DNA from: Eledone cirrhosa
Taxonomy: Eukaryota
DNA: 64,000 nt
NCBI GenBank assembly: GCA_964016885.1
Contig: OZ024742.1
Span: 113,646,001 to 113,710,000 of the forward strand
Reading direction: 5' to 3'
The position numbers and the translations under genes are program-made. Within the stretch, counting starts at the first letter, position 1, and every line of letters begins with the position of its first letter. Below are positions 51,954 to 64,000 of this stretch, piece after piece. The notes beneath the pieces are model-generated. The model ran no database searches, had not been told where the DNA came from, and was given only the letters and a program-made list of their open reading frames with translations.

Positions 51954-53339
51954 TTAAATCTTATTATATATTTCAGGTCGATTTATTATACATAAAAATC
52001 GATATAACACTAATTATTCCACTATCTATGTATACTGTCGTTTCTTTGCATATCTAACATCCATTTGTATGTATAATTATTGATATATAATTCTATTTAT
52101 TTTTAAAATGTGCATTTGTTGTGTGTACCTGAGCATCAGGTTTAAAATATTTACTTCTTTTAAATAAACCATGAAGTTTGGAACAAATGCCATTCCTAAT
52201 ACAGGTTCATCCAAATTGGCTTTGAAACTTTGGAACTTTGCTATAAAAAATTATTGTAAATGGACTACGTCTAAATTTCAGCTACTCTATTGATAAACTG
52301 TCAGAAGTCATAAATTGAAATAAAACTAGTCCAAACTGTCAAACACTCATCTGGCTAGGTACCCAGGAATAAAAGTATGAGCTCTGAAGTGTATATGCAA
52401 TATTTTCGAGAAGATACTACAGTGATGAATGATGTACATAATATCTATGAAGAAAACGAATGCTATTTCAATTTGTCTGTTTACATTTTAAATTATTTTA
52501 TATAGTATTTTTAGAACTCAAATAAGCTAGTCTAGGCAATCTGTCTTCGAGAATATGTTTTGATACCTGGCCCCAGAAGAATATATGCCATAAAAATGAC
52601 AATGTGTGCATTGTGTTATAAAAAAGTATTCTAACATGAATTTAAATGTAGGTAGTAAATATAACATATTAGACATTGAAACATGACCATATATAAATAA
52701 GTTTCTACTACAAAAAATAATACAAACTGTTCTAAACATGGAAAAAAAGAAAACAAACTAAAAATATGTAATTTGAGAAATGAACTAAGTAGCATAAAAA
52801 CTAATTTTCATGGTTTACTGGAAACAAAATATGATATGTTATCTTCAATACTCACTGAAATATATTGCTATAAATAAGCAAAAAACTAATTCACGTTTTT
52901 ATTTGGAAAACTCCTTTTCCCTCGATCGTATCTGTTGCAGATTTTGCTGATAGTATGGTGATTGCTGATGTTTCTGGTGGTTTTTGTAGACGTTTGTCTG
53001 AAACTGGTGTATGATGTGCTTCATAATTACATCAAGTTAATGGTAGTAGCTGGGTCCATATAACTGGATATGTAACCCTGTAATATTCTCCACATCAAAC
53101 ATCTGGATTGTGATGAGTTAGAAGCATTGCAATATAGACAGATTCGTGTCCCGTATTCTTATGTAGCTGTTCACCTAGATATTTCAAAATATCCCTTCTA
53201 AATCATGAAAAACAGATGCTGCAAGCCAAAAGGTATGCAGGTTTGGTGAACAATCCATTACCGAAACTTAAATTAATTTCTAATTTAATGATAGGATGGA
53301 GAAATATATCTTGTAGTTGATTCGTGAAGAGGAATTAAA

Positions 53340-53860
53340 TTTAAACAAGACAGACAGAATAACCCATTGACACATTGGATAGATGGAAGAAGCACAATGT
53401 ATGGTCAATTCATACGCCTGAGAAAGTTGACAAAGATAGGAACTGGGAATGGACTAGGGAAACTTACTTAAGAGTTGAAACTAAGGCCAGGAACAGGCAC
53501 TGAAAAATAACTCTATCAAGACCAATATTAATTAGTGAGTGAATTACCCACTTTATAGGTTGTGTGGTGGGAAAACTGAAACAATAAACCGCATCTTTAG
53601 TGATTGTAATATGCTTGCACAGAAATAATACAAGAGGAGGCACGACAACATTGTCAGGTTGCTTCAATGAAAGCTCTGACATAAGTATTCGCTGAGCAGA
53701 TAGGGTGGCCGAAAATGAAGATTATAACATCTTCTAGGACCATCCAGTGTGACCATGGCGATTGTAGTTGGATCTCTGAGAAGAGTATTTTTAGAAGTTT
53801 GGATGTCGGGCTTGAGCATCTAGGAATAACCGTCAGGAGAGGATTTTTTGCAGAAAACAA
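53340..53860 (+). mobile_element. decayed R4/Dong-like (RLE-type) LINE 3' fragment
   Basis: Frameshifted MYGQF..., KVDKDRNWEW, RVETKA..., PLYRLCGGKTETINRIFSDCNMLAQK*YKRRHDNIVR (decayed CCHC finger + RHD motif). Confidence 0.75.
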
Positions 53861-54499
53861 TGAATAGCAATGGTATAAGCATGAAGCTATATGAACTTCA
53901 GATATTTCATGCTGCAAAATGTATTTCAATTGATTATTCAATTTTAAATGACTTCATTGTAATTCATTTTATTTCATTTTACTTCATTTCATATCACTTT
54001 TCTACACAAAATGATGAAGAAGTTGCCTGTCTCACTCTCACTACCTTCTCTTTCTGGGTTACTTGGCTCCCTCCCTCTGACACACTAATAGTTGTATATG
54101 ATGCTTTTGATTTTAATTTACCTACAATACCACCACCAGGCGTCTCCGCTAGACTTATAAAATACAATGGATGATAATAGAAGCCTCTTGATATGACCAA
54201 TGAAATATTTGGTTGCCCAGAATTAGAATAGTGGCTGAAACATCTTACATTGCCTGAAATGCCGCTGAATTAATTATTCACAACAAGATTACTGATGGTA
54301 TGAACAACACCAATGTTAATTGTGATAATAGGATAATTAATAACGATAGTGATCGAGATGATAGTGATATTGTATTTACTGACCACAAAGAGTTTACATG
54401 AAGAAAACGTTAAGGCCAGCACTAATAATAATAAAGCCCATGACACTCGGTTGTGAGAAGATGTGTCTCGTGGGAAATACGATCTCACTAATATTGGTT

Positions 54500-56350
54500 T
54501 ATAATCGTCCTGGAGGTGGTAACCTGAACAAAAGTACCGCTTGGCGGTGAGGGATAAAATGCATGAAGACACGATAAAAAACACCCCACAATAACTATAG
54601 ACAAACCACATACCGAATACGGTCGTCGCCCAAGTCCACATAGACTGCGTCCCTGGGGATGAATAAGACTAGAGTCGAATGGCATATAGATGAAAAAAGG
54701 GATTCTCCAAGTACGTAGTGGAATGGTAACTTGACCGAAAATAATCTAAACTAAAGCCCTTCACTTTCAACACAAGAAAGAAAAAATCCTCAACGTATCA
54801 AATGGATCCAAGATGAGTATAACAAGTGATATACGCATTATAGCACTCATTGAGCAACCTATGGGAATGAGGACATAGAGTAAATTAATTATGGTTCAGA
54901 GTGAATATGATCCAGAAAGGTGACCAAACCAGGATGAAAACAAACGTGTAAATGTAAGAAGAGATATTCTTAGAAACAATCGTCCAACAGATGCAGAGTC
55001 AAATGACATTAAGACGAATATTAAGAAGATTTGAAAATACAAATATCAGAAAGGGATAGAAATGTATATGTGACCGCAACCTGGTCGGGCTGAGGAGGCA
55101 AAACTCTCCAAATACCGGTCGATCTCCGACAGGTTTGCAGTCTTACCTATGGCAGTGGACACTTCTGGTGTCCTCGGCCCTAGGGCAACAACGCTACTCA
55201 CCACCATAGGCGCTGAGCTGGCCAGCGGCTTGTGTACGCCTGGCGAGTTGGAATGGCTCTTCCAGCGCGTCTCCCTTGTCGTCTTCCGGGGAAACGCCTT
55301 CTCCATTCTGTCCGCCCGGGATGTGGAAAGGCCATGAATATGAGTGACTGACTTGTCATTTTATCATGTACTTTTTACATATCTATATCTGTCCGATAAA
55401 ACAATGTTATACACCCACTGAAAAAAGTGTTGCGAGGAGCCGGTTCAAAAGTTTTTATATTTTAAATGGTTTTTGTTTTAGAATTTTGTACATTTTCTTT
55501 CCTTGTTGAAAGAGGGTAATAGTTTCTGAGAGACAAACAATAACATATTACAGAATACACTTTTAATAAATAAAAAACCTTTTAGACTATGATATCAAGA
55601 GTAATGATTACACGGAACATTGAGGGTATCAGAAACACAACAAAACACGGTCAAATTGAAAGAAAGATTGCGGATATGGATGAGGATACACATGAATATA
55701 AATATCACATAGAAAAAGAAACGAGAAATTCTCAATGGAGTTGGAAAAATAAAAAAAAAAGATAAACATTAGCGGGCAAAAAAAGACAAGCGACAGCCAG
55801 AACAAAACACACGTAAGATCATGAAATTAGACTGTTTAAGCAATTATTGACGGGATAAAACCTGATATATCAGATAGGAAGGAGTTTATTTATACAGCAA
55901 CAACGCTAATATAAAGGACATGTGGGTTAAGGACAAAGGAAATGGACAGATCCCTCACAAATATACCCTACAAGATATAAATTGAGGAGTAAATTGAAAT
56001 AATGAGACGACAAATATCGATCATGGATGAATTATGCACGAGGAAATCTATCAAGCAAGAAAAGGAAGGAAAGTGATTAGGAAATGCATAGTAAAATGGA
56101 AACCTGATATTCCGTCACTCCAAGAAACCCTGAAACTGAAAGTAAAGAAACAGAAGACTAAAAAGTCGAAATAGGTTTTACAGGCAAAATATTTTGTTTA
56201 TGTCAGATTTAACAACGTTTGATAGGGATATTGGATCATATATAATCGAAGTAATGTAACCTTCTTCAAATCGTGAAATTCAAGTGCTCTTGAGAACAGT
56301 ATGGTGTACTGATCTACACAACAAAGGGAATGCTGAATGGATAAAGAACA
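54500..56350 (+). mobile_element. possible old LINE 5' UTR/endonuclease remnant, interrupted by the CRE-like fragment
   Basis: A-rich sense strand with endonuclease-like words (FTFNTR.., IALIE); heavily decayed. Confidence 0.3.
55075..55405 (+). mobile_element. CRE-like (RLE endonuclease) non-LTR element 3' end
   Basis: AEEAKLSKYRSISDRFAVLPMAVDTSGVLGPRA...WLFQRVSLVVFRGNAFSIL is a typical CRE-clade C-terminus. Confidence 0.8.
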
Positions 56351-56367
56351 TGGGAAAAAAAACATAG

Positions 56368-56459
56368 AATAATTTAAAAAAGGCAGACGTTGCAGGAAAT
56401 GGCTATGGAGGAAAATAACTTTAAAAAGCAGACGTTGCGGGGCATGGCTATGGAGGAAA
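56368..56459. repeat. tandem duplication of about 45 bp
   Basis: ATAA.TTTAAAAA.GCAGACGTTGC.GG..ATGGCTATGGAGGAAA occurs twice. Confidence 0.85.
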
Positions 56460-57189
56460 TGGAGATAATAATAAAGAAAGCCAACATATGCAAATCCCCT
56501 GGCATTTATAAAATGCCAAACTTCTGGTTATCTTCTTTATCAGCTCTGTGATATGCTGGTAAATTGTTATAAAGTAATTATGTACTCTAATGATATAACC
56601 CTGATTGTTTTGCACAATATATAAAATAGCTCTTGACAAAATCGACATAAATGAATATTCCAAACTATTCGTCCAATCACTTGCCTTCCCACATCATAAA
56701 CAATTCTCACCGTCATTGTGACTGAGAAATTATATACATTTATGAATGAACATCATCTATTACGTATTGGGCGAAAGGTTATCACGGTGGGTCATACGGG
56801 TGCAAAGACCAACTTCTCATTAACCGCACGATTCTGAAAAAGACGGTCATTAAAATATTGAAATCTGAGTAATGCTTTGATTAACTATGAGATAGCATTT
56901 GATAGTTTTCAGAATTCACGGATTTTGAAAATTTGGATGTTCTGTGTGATACATACACCGTGTATGGTCTGGACATTTGTAATGGTTCCATTATTTGTAT
57001 GACAATTCATTGTAAAATGTGGATTATAATATTAATACTAATCTTTGCTTTATTAACTACAAAGGTGTTTACAAAAAGACACTGTGGACAACACAGGATG
57101 GAACAAATAAGGGCATATGTCTGTTTAAAAGAAAACAAAAACAAAGGATATAACACAAAATTAGAAACAAAGGGGCATTCCCAAATAGT

Positions 57190-57845
57190 CCGGGAGACTT
57201 CAAAGGGTCACTCGTTAAGAAAGCCCACAAATAGACACGGTTACCCTGACCACCAGCGAAAGTGTCTTTTCCCGCTTTTCCACCCCCAATCTACAGGCGC
57301 ATACACACAGCAAACCCATTCACTCAGACCATGCTTGCCTCTCTCACCCATCTTTCAACAACTTACTAGAAAAGGAGAACGTCCCTCTCCTCTCTTATTT
57401 ACCTTTTCAAATGAAATTGGAAAAAGATTAAGTCATATGTGTCCAACATGCGACCTCTTTTACCATGGCCACAAGAGAGATTAAAACTGCCTTCCCTTCT
57501 CGGCTAAAGGACGGCGGCGGTGCAATATTCAGGATAGTCTCAGCTGATAGCCGGATCTCTCCTACACGGGAGTGGATGTGTTCCACATAAACGCCTATTT
57601 CAGCAATGCTCGGACATTCGTCGAGAACATGCAGGAGGGTTTCGTCACACACCCACACAGGTGCATACCCGGGTAGGTTCGGCTAACAGTACTTTCATGC
57701 ATGTAGAATTTATTGTGAACTTGCAAAGCTCCTCGATAACACAGTCAGACCAGGTATTTCTCCAATTTTTCCATGGGCCCTAGTCCGAAATCTTTCCGTA
57801 GCATATCGGTTAGTTGATTTTCATCGGCAACATGGATCAAAATAA
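57190..57845 (-). mobile_element. L1/Tx1-clade LINE 3' fragment
   Basis: C-terminal zinc-knuckle region C..C...DETLLHVLDECPSI, followed by a T/G-rich 3' UTR. Confidence 0.65.
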
Positions 57846-58014
57846 GAAAACATTGTTATTTTTATTATATTCTGCTCCTCACAATTGTTCTAACCAACAA
57901 CATCAGAGAAATTAAATAACCATATTTATTCCATATTAGTACTAATGGCTCCAAATAATTTCATTTATTTTCTTGAACAGAAATTAAATGCCGTGTCATA
58001 TATATATATATATA

Positions 58015-58084
<70 letters not shown>

Positions 58085-58280
58085 CGTGTGTGTGTGTAAA
58101 ATGATTGCCACGTTTTTTGTCATAAATTTATTCTGATCTGTAGGGCATGATGAAAGATGATTAAATTAGTGTTTGTTCAAGAATTTAATATGCTCCTAGC
58201 ATGCATTGATTTAACCCTCCCTTCCTCATAATCATATAATCATATAATCATTTATTTCTAATTAATGGTATTCTATTAAA

Positions 58281-58469
58281 ATAATTGTTTCTACTTTTTG
58301 GCTCGAGGCCAGCATTAACCAGTGCATTACAGGTACTTTATTTTACCGACCCCCGTAAAGATGAAAGGCAAAGTTCACCTCGGTGGGATTTGAACTCAGA
58401 ATGGCAAGGGCCGTAACTCTATGCATCAAAGCATGGCGTAAGACCCTCTACCGATACTGCCAATCCACC
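58281..58469 (-). mobile_element. tRNA-derived SINE, family A, with 13-bp target-site duplication
   Basis: Family consensus; CTATTAAAATAAT on both sides. Confidence 0.93.
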
Positions 58470-58836
58470 TATTAAAATAATGTTTGTAGAATATTAGCGA
58501 AATAGGTTGCTTGTTATCAGTCCCATAGCTCTTAGAATTTGTGTCGCCTTAGTGTTACGCTAAAGGTATATAGACCAACCATTGTTGAAGCGAGTAATTA
58601 CAATATATTGTGCGGCTCTAGGTGTATCTGTGTGCTCCTTACTACCAGATGTTGCGTTGAATAATTTTCGAAGAAGTTAAATTTACTATGATTTCACTAG
58701 TGCTAAATACTCAACCATGACATATTATATTCCAAGTTCATAATTTTCCTTTACGTTGGTAATCCCTTTAACTTCGGCAGGTTATTCCAGGAATCTAACT
58801 CACTCTGTCGGTCTCTCTCTCTCTCTCACTCACTAT

Positions 58837-58975
<139 letters not shown>

Positions 58976-59350
58976 TGTATATATATATGCACTATGTGCT
59001 TTGAGAAAAGAACACCATACTTCAGCACTGAGCATATCAACAAGTCGAAAAAGAAGATGTAAACATTATTGCATCATTATATTTTTCTGGTTTTTCTGTT
59101 CAAAATCTAGCTGGCTCATGAGGTCATAGCTGTGGCTCATGAGGTCATGGCTATCCCCGAAATGTGTATAATAAAACAGCTAATATAAATAAATTAAGTT
59201 ACTTTTAACCAGCTGAGTTTCACTTCTTGCTATTAATTACTCTGGAGTAAAATATCCATCTGCGCACTTCGTTGATTGCTCTGCCCTGCATCCTGAAATG
59301 TCGGCAATTGACCAACAGATGGTCGAATTAATATATATATATATATATAT

Positions 59351-59750
59351 AATATATTATAAAGAAATAAGAAATAGTAGACATAAATAAATACCCACTT
59401 TTTCTTAAAATTCCCGACTGTACAGTTTCGTGGCTACTATGCAAAAATCCTATATCTGTAAAAATTCCTATATTTTGTCATTGCTACAAGGGATTTAGCC
59501 ACATTTCCTGACCACTGTATCACGTGATAGGGACTCCCTCCGCTCTTTCGAGATTCTTTCGCGCGATGCAGAACTGTTTTGAAATGTGTTCATAAGGTTT
59601 CCCTTGAAAAGTCGGCATACATCACATAAATGTTACATCTCTATGATATAGGATTTTAACATAGTAGCCACGAAACTGTACAGTCGGGAATTTGAAGAAA
59701 AAATGGGTATTTATTGATGTCTAATATTTCTTCTTTCTTTAAAATATATT
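59351..59750. mobile_element. pLTR fragment with about 105-bp inverted arm
   Basis: 59351-59456 is the reverse complement of 59645-59750. Confidence 0.85.
59599..59690 (+). ncRNA. type I hammerhead ribozyme, U3-A8, extended stem II
   Basis: TTCCC-TTGAAAA-GTcGGCaTAC[43 nt]GTAGCCAC-GAAA-CTGTACAG-TC-GGGAA; GUC cleavage predicted after 59685. Confidence 0.85.
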
Positions 59751-59936
59751 ACATAGCTCTCATATAGTCTCAATTTAATTATTCCGATTATCTTGTCTCT
59801 CATAGTCATAGAGCAACACTAGTTAAGGTTGACAACACACAATCTCACATACGTGTGAAAAATGTATGTGTATATATGCATGTATATGTATGTATACAAA
59901 TATATATGTGTACCTCTCATTATTGTATATATATAT

Positions 59937-60126
59937 GGGCGGTGGATTGGCAGTATCGGTAGAGGGTCGGACGCCATGCTTTCCAGCATAGTTACGTCCC
60001 TTTACGATCTGAGTTCAAATCCCGCCGAGGTTGACTTTGCCTTTCATCCTTACGGGGTCGATAAAATAAAGTACCAGTAATGTACTGGGTAATTGCTGGC
60101 CTTGTGCCTAAAGTAGAAACAATTAT
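59937..60126 (+). mobile_element. tRNA-derived SINE, family A
   Basis: GGGCGGTGGATTGGCAGTATCGGTAG...GAGTTCAAATCCCGCCGAGG...GGGGTCGATAAAATAAAGTACC. Confidence 0.93.
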
Positions 60127-60160
<34 letters not shown>

Positions 60161-62654
60161 GTATATATATATAACTGTGTGTGTGTCTCTTTGTGTGCGT
60201 ATGTGTGTGTGCCTTGTGTGCATATGTGTATGTGTGTGTAATATAATTAGACACGCATACACATAATCAGGATCATTTTCACAGAACAGCAAGTTCAATA
60301 TTTTATGAAGGCTAGGATGTTATGTTCAAATTCTTAAGCAGTCCTTAACCAGCCACTAATTCCATTTGTACATTGTCTTCTATTGCGCCCTATATCATGT
60401 GTTGATCTTACTTCTATACATCGTTTGCTTCGAATTTTTCACATGCCTATATAATATTGAAGACATTTACTATTGGTTTGCATTGTCATGAAATTGAACT
60501 TTCGATTCACGGAGGCGGTATGTTGAAATAGCCACTTCTAAAATATTATTTTACTATACAGTAATGGGAGCTATTATGAATAGAAACCAAATCTATAAGC
60601 AATAATCTAGTTGTCTTAAAATATGAAATATAAATGACGTAATAGAACCCGAATAAAAGAAAACAAATGACGCAGCAGCTGTGTTTGAATTGCATTTTTG
60701 AGTTTAAAGAAATAGATATGATGTTTTATGATAAAAATGTTGAGGTACATAGGTTGAGATGACAGGAAACCACGTCTCCATTCATATTTTCAGGACTAAT
60801 TAAATATGATATTTTTTTACTGAAATCAATTTTTCATTGTTTCACTACGATTTTTTCATTTTTTCACTAAAAACATCAATATCCTTTGTGTGCAATTTGG
60901 ACATTAATATTCTCAATACTGATTACTCTATAAAATTCAACAACCTAACTATAAAACTATATTATACATACTGTGTATCCATGGAACACTGTGCATTATC
61001 TGCTGAAAATGTATTCCTCAGAATTAACGTTAACTCATGTAATGCTATGATGAAATGCTGTGTCATGTTCTACTCCAGCGACGATCTCCATCTTCTATTT
61101 TCCCTTTGTTCTAAAACTTTTATCAGTTTATCTCCCAATTTCGCCCTGTTTCTCTTACTTCCACTCTTTCATTGATTATCTCACTATTCATCTCTCGTCT
61201 CCATTCTCCCTAGCGTTTAGCTCCTTGTTCGGTCTTGTGTTTCTCAGTCCTGATGTCTTATAGACCCCTTTAATTCAGATCCCAAACCTATCGCCAGAGG
61301 AAATTGAAATGTTTAAATTGTTCATTCATTGTAGATTTAAAATATGTTTCTTTGTAGATTTCACGTTTCACATGCGCAGTTCGTCGTCTATTTCATTCTC
61401 ATCGTCCATCTCAATCTCACATATTATATTTGTTTTAACGAAAGAAAACCTGAAATATGTGGCCATGTTGTACCATTATAGTCACACATGCATCATAGTA
61501 GCTGAGCTATTTTCCAATTGCTGATAAAACTGCAAGTGGGAGTACAATAGTTCATCTTAATGTGTCAAATTGCACGCTAATATATTGGGTATTGTAGTTA
61601 AAGTCACCGCTCTCCCTCAATCTTATATAATGGATCATTTGCACCTGATACCCTGATTATATATATGTTAACGCTAGCGCGTGTTATTGTAAGGGAACCC
61701 GTTATGCTTTAACGCATCCATCTATTGCTCTTTCTCAGTAACCCCTCTAATGCCATTCCTCTATTTCTCAGATTTTCATCTTTCGTTCATTTCTTGATTC
61801 ACCCATTAAGGTTCTCCCATCATCTCATCTGTCTTCAGTCTGAAGCTTGTCAATTTTCGTAGGAAGCAGACATATTTCTTTAGCTCTCTTATACAACTAT
61901 ATTTACATAACGAAAGAAAATGCGTTTATATATTCCTTCCTTCCACAGTTAATATGTTGTACGTTTTATATACTATACTCGTTGTCAGTTCATCGGAGCC
62001 GGAAAATGTTACGTATTTATTTGTTTCCATCTAAAGTGACCCGTTCATTTATATCAGTATTCATTATTTTGCTAGCATCAGAGATGAATCATACAAACGG
62101 ATACGTTTACAACCACTTGCTTAACTGACTTTGGATGTACAATATCGTGTTAATGCATGAAATTGCGTGAGACAAATTCGGTTGACGAGGTAAAAAATGC
62201 AACTCTGATCGGAGTATGTAATTTTATATATTGACTGGTGCTAATAGAGAAACCCACACTTATATATACACACACATCTATATGTGCGAGAGCGCGCCCG
62301 TGTATGTGTGGATGTGTTTGTTGCGTTAGGTGTGATTTGTGTGGGTATATGTGCATAGTATCAGCAGTAAATTCGCACAATTACATAAAACGATCAGGAA
62401 GTTGCATTATTATCATGTAAGCCGAAATGCTCTTCTGTAATTCCACGCATTAACAGATTATTGTTCGTGCAAAGCCAGCTTACGGAACATATATAACCTG
62501 TCTGCATATATATATATATATGGGGGGGTATGTGTATGTGTGTGTATGTGTGCGCGCGCGCGTGCGCGTGTGTGTGTGTATGTGTGTGTGTGTGTGTGCG
62601 TGCGTGTGTGTTTACGTGTGCTTAGGAAAACAGGATAAATAAACATATAAAACT

Positions 62655-63000
62655 ACAAAACCATCCACATGGACTGGATATACGACTACCTCACTCTGGC
62701 CTCTTACTGCAAGGATGCCTATCTAAAACGAGATCCTTTTGACAAGATAAACCAATGTCACTGAATAACTGCCCTGACTGCGCACACATGTATGTGCCAG
62801 CGGATTGAATCTAACATAAGAAGTATAGCCTGACCACTCCTCGCCCGCATTAAAGGACAATTCAGAACACATGCAACCACATTAATAACAAGTCACATTG
62901 ACACATTCAGAAACACCAATTAAAACATGATAACCAATATGGAAGCCAAAGAGAGAAATATGGTCAATTTAAGGCTAAAAGAAACAACAAATTGATATTC
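62655..63000 (+). pseudogene. decayed GIY-YIG remnant related to 11474-11982
   Basis: HSG..., PLLARIKGQFRTHA...SHIDTF...MEAKERNMVNLRLKE parallels RPLHIRLKEHTKTRA...KHIDTC...LATERNVGTLHIKE. Confidence 0.6.
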
Positions 63001-64000
63001 AGCACACAATACCTAACATAAAAGCATAGAATAACACGCAACACAAACACAAATATTTACATAATAAATTTGATTCAATGGAATAATAGATATATATATA
63101 TTGACGTCATATTCCTTCTCCTCGTAGAAAATACAGGAATCGTCAAAGTCAACGTTTGAAGGTGGTTTCTAAATATTAAATTAAAATTTATTTCACAATG
63201 AATTGACCAGAACACTTTGCTCTCGATATCTATACGAGCCGTATATATACATATTTAAAAGATATATGTAGACAAAGGAATCATTGAGAGATACAAAGTA
63301 GTTTGTACATGTTTATAAAGAACAAATTCCTTTCAGAAAAATATACAGAATTTACGACGGTAAAGATGTCATTTTTCCCTTACAGTATTGTTTCACAAAG
63401 CAAAAGAACGGAGAAAAAACATTGATCTAACTAATCAATTATCGTTTACAAACTATCGATTTGGTTAAACAATCGAAAGAAAATGCCTATTCATCTGAAG
63501 AATTGTCTTAACATTTGTCCCCAAAAAGTATTTAGATCTGTCGAGAGCAGAGAGTCTGTTTTAAATCTCTACTCCACTTGCTCTCAAAAATCTTTAACGG
63601 TCAGGAGGGATTTAAACAGGACTGGTCGTTGTAGGAGCTAGAATGAACACCCACTCATAATAGTTGAAACACACCAAAAATAATTCTTAAATTTTGAGTA
63701 CTGATAATGTATCGATATATATATGTATCAATACATATTTAATATGAATGATTATCATGTTTTACAATAAATAATCTCAATGGACCTCAGTTCAGAGCTT
63801 CAATTATTCAAACGTAAAATCTATATGAAGAGTGAGAGAATCAGATCTTTTGAGAAACACATGGTCATGTATATATATATATATGTATATATATACAGTG
63901 CAAGTAATATTTTAAGATGGAAAAATGGTGCAAGACTATGTTAAAATATTGGGTTCGATACTGCAGAAACAATACGGCTCTTGTTTCGGCAATCCTTATA

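Noticed and set aside
53418-53470. GTAAGT...CAG mini-intron on the minus strand
   Set aside because: The region is better explained as a plus-strand R4/Dong-like LINE remnant
59937-60030. tRNA-like A and B boxes (also in the other family A copies)
   Set aside because: SINE heads; no complete cloverleaf, so not called as tRNA genes

Overview
AT-rich, (TA)n/(CA)n/(GA)n-laden eukaryotic intergenic or intronic DNA with no confidently identifiable host gene. The SINE repertoire suggests an octopod cephalopod (inference). The window is dominated by retroelements: one apparently intact, recently inserted Penelope-like element (PLE; RT plus C-terminal GIY-YIG endonuclease, 29979-35048, with an inverted upstream pseudo-LTR), several decayed PLEs and pLTR fragments, nine copies of one tRNA-derived SINE, and 3' fragments of RTE, R4/Dong-like, CRE-like and L1/Tx1 LINEs. 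Reading both strands by eye reveals more than 15 type I hammerhead ribozyme (HHR) motifs in PLE pseudo-LTRs, many with non-canonical cores (U3-A8 'UUGANAA', 'CAGAAGA', core insertions). The most striking feature is in the intact PLE: its HHR has an enlarged stem II containing a TATA box and an initiator spaced 29 nt apart. Independent short copies of this family start at that initiator and end 140 nt later, where they join (TA)n. This suggests a promoter nested inside a ribozyme and a discrete small pLTR RNA. All RNA folds were derived by hand and none has been tested.
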